Source: Synechococcus sp. (lineage in GTDB: Bacteria; Cyanobacteriota; Cyanobacteriia; Thermostichales; PCC-7336). Taken from it: a stretch of DNA of 49,395 nucleotides. The translations under genes were made by a program, and so were the position numbers. Positions 1 through 8,741 of this stretch are shown one piece after another (the stretch's first letter is position 1; every line of letters starts with the position of its first letter). The notes beneath the pieces are model-generated. The model was not told the DNA's origin. It saw only the letters and a program-made list of their open reading frames with translations, and ran no database searches. The DNA lies in assembly GCA_051439425.1 (NCBI GenBank), contig JBFRWD010000158.1:1-49395 (forward strand), in the 5' to 3' direction.

Positions 1-1
1 G

Positions 2-115
2 AACTTGACTGTTCCTGCTTCTCAAAAGCCTTTAATGCGGTTGCTTCGTAAGAAATTGCAGTTGCCTAAACTGGGGCAAGAGAACGTCAGTGAGCACCTA
101 AGCGTGTTGCAATGA
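2..115 (+). CDS. possible 3' end of a gene entering from the left edge (product unknown)
   Basis: Frame 2 is open from base 2 to TGA at 113-115 (NLTVPASQKPLMRLLRKKLQLPKLGQENVSEHLSVLQ*); no recognisable motif. Confidence 0.3.
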   Translation, partial: NLTVPASQKPLMRLLRKKLQLPKLGQENVSEHLSVLQ

Positions 116-260
116 TTGGGATAATTGGTCCAGTGGCTATTGAAGGCCGTAGCGCACAAGTAGTTAAATCGTAAAGCATTACCGTTCAGTCGGATACGAA
201 TAACTCCTAACGTGGATTGAGTTTTGGATTCGACCCAGCTGCTGCATGGTATTACCTTTT

Positions 261-518
261 GGGAGCGGAATATATTTGTAGCATCCCTGAAGTCCTTACT
301 GGTTATTGGTTACAACGATTCCAATGAGAAAAACTTTAGATTCATTCTCTGCTCCTAAATACTCTTATTTCATTCAAGCTTTGATGCACAGTTGAGTGTA
401 TTATTCTAATCTCAGAATACTAGAATATCCGTGTCTAATAAGTTCTCTTCTGATGAGGATATTGTAGCAACCTAGCTATTGTTGTATATAAAACATTCAA
501 TCTATATATTCCGCTCCC
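261..518. mobile_element. MITE-like 258 bp element bounded by perfect 15 bp inverted repeats
   Basis: GGGAGCGGAATATAT at 261-275 and its exact reverse complement ATATATTCCGCTCCC at 504-518; AT-rich interior with no ORF of 60 aa or more; no target duplication visible. Confidence 0.5.
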
Positions 519-538
519 TCGGTGATTCTATTAAGTAA

Positions 539-725
539 AATCGCAAGACTCCTGACTCTTATGACAAGCTTGTCTACAAAGCTCGCCATTTGATCGAAAA
601 CTTTTTTGCCAAGCTCAAGCAATATCGAGCCATTGCAACTCGTTACGACAAAACTGATCGTAACTTCCTTGGAGCAATATATTTAGCAGCTTCCGCTATC
701 TGGCTTAACTGATGACACGCCCTAG
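539..725 (+). pseudogene. IS5-family transposase C-terminal remnant with right end
   Basis: 539-712 translates to NRKTPDSYDKLVYKARHLIENFFAKLKQYRAIATRYDKTDRNFLGAIYLAASAIWLN*, with the IS5 Y..R..IE..F.KLK..R.IATRYDK signature; followed by GACACGCCCTAG, a typical IS5 end; N-terminus absent. Confidence 0.85.
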
Positions 726-741
726 ACTTCACCAACTCTAA

Positions 742-2112
742 CTAACTCTTCCTAGCTAGATCGGGAAACGCTGTAAGTAACGAAACCTGCTTAGAAACTG
801 TTAGGTAGATAGAGACATACAATACCCAAATAAATCCAGGCTGAACTAGAGAACTTTCGCTTAGGTTTGCCGTAATCATGAAAACCAGAAATGAAAGTGG
901 ATAAAGACCAGAAGGATCGCGACTTGATAATATTAATAGTACCGATCGCACGGTACAGACAAAAAAACTAATAGCAAAAATAAACAGCCCTAACAATCCT
1001 AAATCAATTGCCAGTTCTATAAACCCATTATGAGCAGAACCAACGCTGAATCCTATTGTTGACCAAACACGCAACATCGGGCCGCTGTCTGGTCTCCAAA
1101 ATGCTTGAAATCCGTGGCCCAAAAAAGGTTTGTTAGAAATCTGTGTGATTGAAGCTAACCACAGATCCATGCGACCACTTAGTGTAGCATCCCGTCCCAA
1201 TGATTCTAGAATCACTTCAAAACCATAAAATAGAACTACCACCATCCCAAAGCTTAATAGTATGGTGCTCATCCACATTGGAAGAGATAATACGAATTTC
1301 CAGCGAAGAGTTGCAATAATAGAAATAATTAGGGATAAAACAAAGAATAAACCCATCGCTGTTTTTGATGCAGATCCTATGGAAGCCAACCCCGCTAAAA
1401 CCCAAAAAAACCAAAAAATCCAATTCCACTTTCCTCTTTCTTTTGCCTTCAAGAAAAAAATTATAGTGCAGAATCCTAATGCTCGGCCTAGATGGTTTTT
1501 ATGGACAAAGATTCCCCTCCAAGCCCCAGTGTGCTGAATATCTTGTGGGTTAAGAACATCAGCTAGCCCCATTACGCCATAACTGGGAACAGCTATCACG
1601 AAAAAAAGACTGCCTAGTAATATGATGCTGGCCATCCAAGCAATACAATATAGTTGTTTTCGAAGATGAAAACGGGCTGCAAAGTAAAGAGCAAACGTCG
1701 TCATCATTAAAAATGTTAGTAGTTGATCGAGAGAGCTTGCTCGATCTTGTGACCAGATTACAGATAGTAGGCATACACCAAATACTGCCCAAACAATCCA
1801 ACCGTGGGGAAGTGTTCTAAGAATGAGTTTGTATCGTAGGGCTACCAGTACGATGGTGATAAGCAGTGTCAGCACATTCATCAAAGTAGTGATGGGGTCA
1901 CCGTAAGAAAGAGGGAGTCCCAAGGTATGCCGGACGGCAAGGGTGAACCCTCCGGCATAAAATAACAGACAGTAAATACTGAATATCTCCTCAAATTTAG
2001 CCAAATAGTGTGCAAATATTGACGGCTTATCTTGATATATAGAAGAAACTTCTAACGGAGGGCTTTCCGTAGAGTTGTACTTGGGTGTGACCATTGGTAT
2101 TGCAAATCCCAA
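742..2112 (-). CDS. O-antigen ligase / Wzy (ExoQ-like) polysaccharide polymerase family membrane protein
   Basis: Many hydrophobic segments; motifs W.GIF.HKN.LG, LGRDATLSGR..LW, P.LGHG..AFW and AHNGF.E...LG; start codon uncertain. Confidence 0.85.
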   Translation of the reverse strand: MGFAIPMVTPKYNSTESPPLEVSSIYQDKPSIFAHYLAKFEEIFSIYCLLFYAGGFTLAVRHTLGLPLSYGDPITTLMNVLTLLITIVLVALRYKLILRTLPHGWIVWAVFGVCLLSVIWSQDRASSLDQLLTFLMMTTFALYFAARFHLRKQLYCIAWMASIILLGSLFFVIAVPSYGVMGLADVLNPQDIQHTGAWRGIFVHKNHLGRALGFCTIIFFLKAKERGKWNWIFWFFWVLAGLASIGSASKTAMGLFFVLSLIISIIATLRWKFVLSLPMWMSTILLSFGMVVVLFYGFEVILESLGRDATLSGRMDLWLASITQISNKPFLGHGFQAFWRPDSGPMLRVWSTIGFSVGSAHNGFIELAIDLGLLGLFIFAISFFVCTVRSVLLILSSRDPSGLYPLSFLVFMITANLSESSLVQPGFIWVLYVSIYLTVSKQVSLLTAFPDLARKS

Positions 2113-2242
2113 CTAGAACAGGAGCTTAGTCTTGACAGAGTATAAGTTAGAAATAAGTAGGTCGTCCAAATGAATGTTGTAAGAGCTTGAGGCCTTGCAA
2201 GTCTGACAGATTTCTATCTTGCGTTTAATTTGCTCAGGTTAC

Positions 2243-3200
2243 TTATCAGGAATCGAAGTCGGCTTGCATGACGAAATTTAACAGGGCTTGCAATCGGTAT
2301 TAGCTGGAGTGGATGCGGCATCGACGTTTTGCTATTTGCTGCAAAGAGTGGAGACGCGAGATGAGGATACTTGGGGTTGGTACCTCCTCGAAAAGATAGA
2401 GCAAGGGTTTGCTCCCGACTACACCATCGGGGATGGTGGGCAAAGCTTGAGAACTAGGCAGAAAGCAGTGATGCCCGTGACTCTCTGCCATGGGGATGTG
2501 TTCCATATGCAGCGGCAGTTTGCGACGGTTGCTAACAGTCTTTCACGACAAGCCAGAGGGGCGACTTCACTCCGACGACAGTTAGAGCAACAGATTGCCA
2601 ACTCTAGACTGACACATCAAGTCACTCGGCAGATGAGAAGTTGTTTGGACCATGCTAGGCAGAAAGAGCGGAAACTCATGTCACTGGCTTGGGATCTCAA
2701 AACGTTGCTACAGTGGCTGTGTTACGACATTTTCGAACTAGCGGGTCCCTCACTGAAGGTACGACAAGAGTTATACGATTTCATCGTCGTCGATCTCCAG
2801 AATCCAGAGCATAAGCGACATCCAGTGATTCGCACACTCCGAAAAGCTCTAGGCAAACAACGGGATGATTTGTTGGCATTCTCTGGAGTCATCGCTCGCA
2901 AACTGGAAACCATTGCTCGCAGTTTTAACTTGCCACTGCAGACGGTGAGAGAGGCTTGTCTGCTGTTCAGGAAACGGCCGACATTGGGAGCGCTGGAATT
3001 AGTTGTATGCTCAGCTTCCGGCCAGTTTCATTCAGTGATTAGGCTGTAGCTGAGGCGTTCAAGCAGACTCCGAGAGCCAGCTCGTTGGTGGAGAATCTGA
3101 ATTGCCGTCTGCGAAAGTACTTTTTCCTGCGCAAGAGTGTGAGTGATTCCTATCTGAGCCTGTTGCAGTTTATCCTGAATCACCGCCGTTTCATCCGCTT
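2243..3200 (+). pseudogene. DDE transposase remnant (family not assigned)
   Basis: GLHDEI*QG..VLAGVDA.STFCYLL (in-frame TAA at 2279-2281), TIGDGG and CHGDVFH, then a frameshift near 3000-3050 to SS.VENLN.RLR.YFFLR...L.LLQF.LNHRRF; both ends truncated. Confidence 0.75.
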
Positions 3201-3239
3201 GGCTCACTCACTCAACGCCGAGCTAAATAGTGCCCATCT

Positions 3240-3860
3240 TCAGCAAGACTTTACCGCGACCCCCTTATAGAAATAACCCAAAAACTTTGGCACACCTTTG
3301 GCATAAAAGCACGCTAGTTGCTTGACTGAAAAACTGGCGTCTTCAATGATCTGGGGGATGTTGCGATTGAGGTTACAGCCATCTGCAAACGTCTTCTGCA
3401 TCCCATTCAGTCGCTGCTGCCAAACCTCCACGTTTCGATCCGGACTGAGACCGTGCTCGATAAACAGCAGTTCTCCACCAGGCTTCAGCACTCGCTGAGT
3501 CTCTAACAGAGCTTCAGCCACATTGGCAATACTGCACAACGTCCAGGTACTGACGACCGTATCAAAACTCTCATCCGCCATCGGTAGCGATTCGCCATCA
3601 AGGGTAATACGTTCGACCGGAAACGGTGCCCGAGCGATGCGGCGGTTGGCGATCGCCGTCATACCAGGGTTGACATCAATTGCCGTTAGTTTTTCTACAG
3701 ACGTTGGATAGTGAGGCAAGTTCAATCCCGTACCAAAGCCAATCTCCAAAACCCGCCCTTTTGCCCGAGCGAGTACATCCTGACGATAGTTCGTCAGGAA
3801 CTCTGATGACATGGACAGATCTAGTAACCGAGGGAAAATGACTCGCGAATACAGTTTCAT
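3240..3860 (-). CDS. class I SAM-dependent methyltransferase
   Basis: Motif I VLEIGFGTG, then FDTVVSTWTLCS and RVLKPGG.LLFIEHG. Confidence 0.9.
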   Translation of the reverse strand: MKLYSRVIFPRLLDLSMSSEFLTNYRQDVLARAKGRVLEIGFGTGLNLPHYPTSVEKLTAIDVNPGMTAIANRRIARAPFPVERITLDGESLPMADESFDTVVSTWTLCSIANVAEALLETQRVLKPGGELLFIEHGLSPDRNVEVWQQRLNGMQKTFADGCNLNRNIPQIIEDASFSVKQLACFYAKGVPKFLGYFYKGVAVKSC

Positions 3861-4167
3861 CTACAGCAACAGTGCAACTAGCTTCAGCCTAGCGAAACGA
3901 CCTCCCTCCTGCGATCGCTTCCAAGTCTCCCCCCCCCAATCGGAAGACGCCCACAAAGTCACCATGTCCGGCGTGGACAGCCAAGTCATCCGTACTTCAA
4001 AAAGTAGCTACCAGCGCACCATTATTAGTCCAGTCAGTCTCTTGTCTCGTGCAATCCCAGCAGGTGGGTCCCACTAGATATCCCGATTGAACAAAGATAA
4101 AGGCAATGAATCTGATGACATGGCTGACAAATGCATGTTGGAACTCTAGCGGTAAGATTCCACTGCG

Positions 4168-6186
4168 CTAGCTTTTCGTGTAAGCTGCTCGATGCTTCTG
4201 GCAAAGATTCCGCGTTGCTGCAGCTGTGTGCTCATCAAAATATTTCAATATGGCTGGAGTTAGTTTCTCCAAAAGCTGCGCTGCGTCCTCTCGCCGACCC
4301 TCTTCCTGAATAAACTTTCCATCCTTGTAACGGGTGTAAGGGCGACCGGCATCAATACCTTGACAGCGGACGATCGAAGCAACAACTGGATCTGTGATGC
4401 GCTTGTTACTTCCCTGCCTTCTATCGCACAACTCTTGCAAGGCAGAATTGGCCTTGTCTAGGACGGGAGAGCCCCCCAGGGCAAAGAAGTTACCTACATC
4501 CTCTCGGAACAACACCAATGCATCTGCCTCCTCCTCTAGAGACATGGGATGCGCAATTCGGATTTGCAGTGGAGCAGATTTAACCACAAGCTCGCTTGTA
4601 AACTCACCTCCTTCAACTATGGGTAACGCTAGGACTGCAATAATGTCGTACGTTCCGGGTTCAATGAACGGAAAGCCTGCACTGCCAAACGTTAGATTGA
4701 CGTTATTGCGAATTGAATTCCCAGGGCTGACAACATCCGCTGTTTGCTTCGTCAGATCAAAACAGCGCTCCATAATGGGATGGAAATGGGAAAATGTGTC
4801 CTCCCCCCGTCGGAGGATTTGAAACTCAATAAACCCAGATTTTGCATCTAACCATGAGGGCTGAAGCTCAAGTGCAACATCAGTCGTATTGGTCAGTACC
4901 ACTTCCAGAAAAACCGGTTGCCCGAACATAAAAACTGGGCCAGAGGATGGAGGTAATAATGTCAGAGACACCTCTGCCGATATATCTTGTTCGGGAACAT
5001 AGGGTGAGTAGTTGCCATTACCATCTGACCAATAGTCGACGGAGTGAAATGCGGCTCCACCAGGGACAACGAGTGGCAATGGAGCATGACGGAGGAACTC
5101 TAATTCATCCGGGTCGAAGGAAAAATCGAATCCAGCCCAATATTCATCCTCCTGATTTCCACCGCGGAATCGCCAATCGTAATTCATGATTGAAAATGAA
5201 TCGCGATGACCCACTTCTCTTTCAAACCGGTGGGCGAGGTTCAAGGCATGCCCCAGCTCGTGCAGAGTCGTTTGAATGAGTTTGCGATCAGAATGAGTTC
5301 CAGAAGTGAATTGCTCGACTTCACCTCTGAAAACAGCACAGCCTTGTCGTGGTAACACCTCAGTCGTGTCAAACATTATGCCTAACAAACCATTGAGGCT
5401 AGATTGATCGAGCAACAATAATTGCAGTTGCCACGATCTCCGAGATAGTGGAGCCTCAGCAAAATCAGTCATTAGTGCATGTAGCTGTCCTGTTCCCCAT
5501 TCCCCTCCAGATGGTTTAGGAATTGTGCTAGCAATTCCGGTATTTACCAACTCCAATCCTGCTTTTTGAAAGGCACTCTTGACCGTGATATCTTCACCAC
5601 CCATTGTGAAACTAGGTAGGGATTCGACGCCTGCTTCGGTTTCGATTTCAATTCCAACTTCCCTTAAAACTTCCGAGGCAAAGCTGCCCGTGAAGATGAT
5701 GTCCCGTTGGACGGGCAGTGTGCCAAACGCAGTTTCAATTATCAGGGTCCCAATAATTGCGGTGCTATCACTTTCCGGAACCTGCAATGTAAGCCGACCA
5801 AGAGCAGAGTTATCCGACTCATCAGTTCCCACAATTCCCCAAGACCGTTCTGTAGCTTGGACGGCATGCCCAGGATTTGTTCGTATTGAACAATCGTAGG
5901 TGCGACCTGTACTCCCAACTCGATAGATGTCAGCGCTGATAACTCCTGACACTGAACTGTCTATGCGCAAAGAAACAAAGATTTCAGAGTTTCCTCCATC
6001 AAACCTTCCATCAACGAGCGGCGTACCCGAAGCATCTGTCGGAGGGGGTGCTTCATCGACTAGCACCTCTATTGCCTGACTCAGCAACTCTCTTTCAACA
6101 GCAACATGAGTATGAGCTTCACTGTTAGAGGAACTGGAATAACGAATGAGTTTTTCTATTAATTTGGATCTGTCGATTTCTGACAT
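4168..6186 (-). CDS. zinc metallopeptidase, metzincin-like (672 aa)
   Basis: TTLHELGHALNLAH (HExxHxxxxxH) followed by Met-turn SIMNY; ATG at 6186 with GAGG RBS upstream; no signal peptide seen. Confidence 0.75.
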   Translation of the reverse strand: MSEIDRSKLIEKLIRYSSSSNSEAHTHVAVERELLSQAIEVLVDEAPPPTDASGTPLVDGRFDGGNSEIFVSLRIDSSVSGVISADIYRVGSTGRTYDCSIRTNPGHAVQATERSWGIVGTDESDNSALGRLTLQVPESDSTAIIGTLIIETAFGTLPVQRDIIFTGSFASEVLREVGIEIETEAGVESLPSFTMGGEDITVKSAFQKAGLELVNTGIASTIPKPSGGEWGTGQLHALMTDFAEAPLSRRSWQLQLLLLDQSSLNGLLGIMFDTTEVLPRQGCAVFRGEVEQFTSGTHSDRKLIQTTLHELGHALNLAHRFEREVGHRDSFSIMNYDWRFRGGNQEDEYWAGFDFSFDPDELEFLRHAPLPLVVPGGAAFHSVDYWSDGNGNYSPYVPEQDISAEVSLTLLPPSSGPVFMFGQPVFLEVVLTNTTDVALELQPSWLDAKSGFIEFQILRRGEDTFSHFHPIMERCFDLTKQTADVVSPGNSIRNNVNLTFGSAGFPFIEPGTYDIIAVLALPIVEGGEFTSELVVKSAPLQIRIAHPMSLEEEADALVLFREDVGNFFALGGSPVLDKANSALQELCDRRQGSNKRITDPVVASIVRCQGIDAGRPYTRYKDGKFIQEEGRREDAAQLLEKLTPAILKYFDEHTAAATRNLCQKHRAAYTKS

Positions 6187-6651
6187 TAGCTTAGCCTCTA
6201 GAAACGAGCATCTCGATGCCTTTAAAATATAAATTCGCTCAAATATCTCAAAAACAACCGCGAGCAGAATTCGAGTCCGTACAGTCAAAGCACACAGACG
6301 AATCGATTGCTCTACAAGTAGATTAGCGTCGGCTTATTTGTTTGATTGTAAGAGAAATAAGCTGTATCCCTTCAAACATGTAGCATTTATTAGTCAATAT
6401 CTCTAGGGCCTGAGCACCCATGCAGAAACAATCGCACCGCAGGATAAAGTCTATTAATGAACGTGAAGTATTAGCCGGTTTAATTATTCTGTGAATCGAG
6501 CGTATAGCCTTATATTCTTCGGCATTTAGCAACACTGTATGAACTTTATTCTGATTTATCTATTGCTATTTCTATGAAGTGCCGTTTGCAAAACTAACCA
6601 GTTCACTTTCTGACTCAGCCATTTGAAGTAAATCTTGCGATGCAACGGATG

Positions 6652-6912
6652 TTATTTTCTATACACACCGCTTCTGTGACCAACCTTAACAATTATCACT
6701 ACCAACTCTTCATCCTCGATCGCGTATACGATTCGATAACCCCCTTGCCGAATTCGATATTTCTCTTGGCCGGATAGCTTTTCAGCTCCAGGTGGGCGAG
6801 GGTCTTCAGCAAGCTTCTTGATACGCTTCAGAATTCTCTCGACATCCTTCTTGGGAATGCGACGAAGATCCTTCGCAACAGACTGTTTAACGATGACCCT
6901 ATAGCTTGCCAT
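6652..6912 (-). CDS. relE: type II toxin, RelE/ParE family
   Basis: 86 aa basic protein with Y.V......KDL..IP, L..DPRP.G..KL.G, YRIR.G.YRIVY.I.D and V.I.KVGHR..VY. Confidence 0.93.
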   Translation of the reverse strand: MASYRVIVKQSVAKDLRRIPKKDVERILKRIKKLAEDPRPPGAEKLSGQEKYRIRQGGYRIVYAIEDEELVVIIVKVGHRSGVYRK

Positions 6913-7132
6913 GCGCCTTCAAATCGTTCAGCAACTCCTCATAGGTCATAGTTGGCTCGGCCTCCCGTTCTTCAAAGGCGGCAAGATCTTCCACATCCTC
7001 TTGTAACGCCTGACGTACAGCCTCATTCACCAACTCGGATACCGAACGGTGAGTAGATGCTGCTTTCAAACGCAAAGCCTTGTGCAGTTCGGGATCGAAA
7101 TACACAGTAGAACGCTTAGACGACTCGCTCAT
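6899..7132 (-). CDS. ribbon-helix-helix (CopG-like) antitoxin
   Basis: MSESSKRSTVYFDPELHKALRLKAA...SVSELVNEAVR RHH pattern with an acidic C-terminus; overlaps the toxin start by 14 bp. Confidence 0.88.
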   Translation of the reverse strand: MSESSKRSTVYFDPELHKALRLKAASTHRSVSELVNEAVRQALQEDVEDLAAFEEREAEPTMTYEELLNDLKAHGKL

Positions 7133-7154
7133 GCCAACTATCCCAGGTGAACTA

Positions 7155-7195
7155 TAGCGCCATAACATCTTAGCGTCATAACAACTTAGCGCTAC
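7155..7195. promoter_or_regulatory. putative antitoxin operator: three repeats at 16 bp spacing
   Basis: TAGCGCCATAACA (7155), TAGCGTCATAACA (7171) and TAGCGCTAC (7187) directly upstream of the antitoxin ATG. Confidence 0.55.
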
Positions 7196-7242
7196 TCTCC
7201 GGATCGCATCGGACAGCCCATTCAGTACCCTTGCCAATCGAT

Positions 7243-8363
7243 CTAATGCTGGTGAACGGATGGACAAACTGGCCTATTTTCCCGTTCCATCAACAATTCA
7301 AAAGCCCGCTGATGGTGGCGATCGCTAATCCAGTGGTGATACAGATCCGTGTGCACTTGCACGCTATGACCCATCTGCTGTGCCGCCAAACTCAAATCCA
7401 ACCCAAACTCCAACGTCCGAACCGCCCAACAATGCCTCAACGAATACGGCACAAACGGTAGCTTGGCATTCCGCCTCAAATACTGAGTCACCTGTTCCCC
7501 GTAGTCGGCATTCGTCTTCCCATTCACCGGTGGCAGTTGCATCTCACCTAATTCAAACTCTGTCCACCACTCCGGATAGCACAGCCAAACCCGCCTTCCC
7601 CTGTCTTCCCATCCCGCAGAGTCAATATCCCCGGCTCCTCCCGTAAACTCTCCGGTTCAACATGAAATGCTTCGTGCGGCCTCAACCCGTAGCAGGCCAT
7701 AACCCCATGAACCCATCGCCACCCAGGATTCCGAATCTTGTAAAAACACTCCGCGATCGTGGCATCATCCGGCAATTCCCTCGGCTTTACCTTCTTGGGC
7801 GAATACTTCCCCCGATAAGGCTTCGGGTCGAAGTCCAACCTCGCAAACTTCCCCAAAGCCCCGGTCACAATACAGGCTTGTTTCCGCGACGCACTATCCA
7901 GCCGAGTCGCAATCACCAACTCCCGCAGCATCTGAGCTGTAAGCTCTTCCCCCATCGGCAACCTTCGAAATACAGCCCGATAATGCTTCTTCTAAGTGGT
8001 TTCTGTCTTGGGGGTTCGCGATCTGCGAGTGAAGTAATCAACCTCAAATTTCTCCACCCAACTCTCAACCGTCCGACCCCCAACCTCTTCTGTTATGTAG
8101 GGCTCCCAACTAAATTCGCGGCAATCCAATAGGGCTGCCAACTTCCGCGCCTCCGCCTCCGCGTACTTCACCCCCGCCACTGTTGTCTTCGCCCCCAACG
8201 CAATCTCTTGCCGATATGGCTTCTTCCGAATCGAGTTCGGCTTGGGCGGCAACGTCGCTCTTAGATAAAGTCGCTGATTGCGCTGCTGTATTCGTACCCG
8301 GACGTGACTGACCTTCAGCCGTCCATTCGCCTGGTTAAGGCGAGCCTCAAAATCCTTCACCAA
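7243..8363 (-). pseudogene. cyanobacterial (XisA/XisC-like) tyrosine integrase, inactivated
   Basis: N-terminal RLYLRATLPPKP; catalytic motifs YGLRPHE, GKTG, YSLRH, MGHS and LYH; in-frame TAG at 7992-7994 (TT*KKHY, probably from TGG) and a frameshift near 7597 after GKTG. Confidence 0.9.
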
Positions 8364-8483
8364 AGTTTCACCAAAATCGGGATCTCATTCAGTCCTTTTC
8401 AGTGACATCTAGTCCCCATCCCCAATGCTCTTGAATGGCTCGAAAGCCTTTCATAGAAAGGAGAAACACCCGATTTTTCTAGA

Positions 8484-8556
8484 AGCTGATGACCGGACTT
8501 GAACCGGTGGCCTGCTCATTACGAGTGAGCTGCTCTACCAACTGAGCTACATCAGC
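8484..8556 (-). tRNA. trnT: tRNA-Thr(CGT)
   Basis: GCTGATG/CATCAGC acceptor stem, D-arm TAGCTCAGTTGGTAGAGC, anticodon arm GCTCA-CTCGTAA-TGAGC, T-loop GGTTCAAGTCC; CCA not encoded. Confidence 0.97.
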
Positions 8557-8708
8557 ACGGCACTACAGAATACACGACTAAAATCGCACTTATCTAGCAG
8601 CAGACTAATGCTAACCCGTTCCTTATTCCCTGCCAAGCCATACCAGATACCCCTTTTTCGGTAACAGATTTGAATTGCGAGAGTATTCACACTTCCGAAG
8701 CCGTTAGG

Positions 8709-8726
8709 ATTGTAACGAAATGTAAA
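8709..8726 (-). promoter_or_regulatory. HLR1 (RpaB-binding) motif
   Basis: Minus strand reads TTTACATT-TC-GTTACAAT, an exact match to (G/T)TTACA(T/A)(T/A)-N2-(G/T)TTACA(T/A)(T/A); ends 15 bp before ATG 8742. Confidence 0.75.
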
Positions 8727-8741
8727 AAATCAGGATCTACG

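Larger units (their letters stand above)
4108..8493. mobile_element. decayed integrative island at the 3' end of tRNA-Thr(CGT)
   Basis: Tyrosine integrase pseudogene starts about 120 bp from the tRNA 3' end and reads away from it; cargo (TA pair, protease) lacks HIP1; left limit tentative, based on an 11/12 match to the tRNA 3' end at 4108-4119. Confidence 0.55.

Noticed and set aside
261..518. Retron msr-msd (a1/a2 inverted repeats)
   Set aside because: No reverse transcriptase ORF nearby.
7590..7994. Programmed readthrough or frameshifting restoring the integrase
   Set aside because: It would need both amber readthrough and a frameshift with no canonical slippery heptamer; ordinary decay is simpler.
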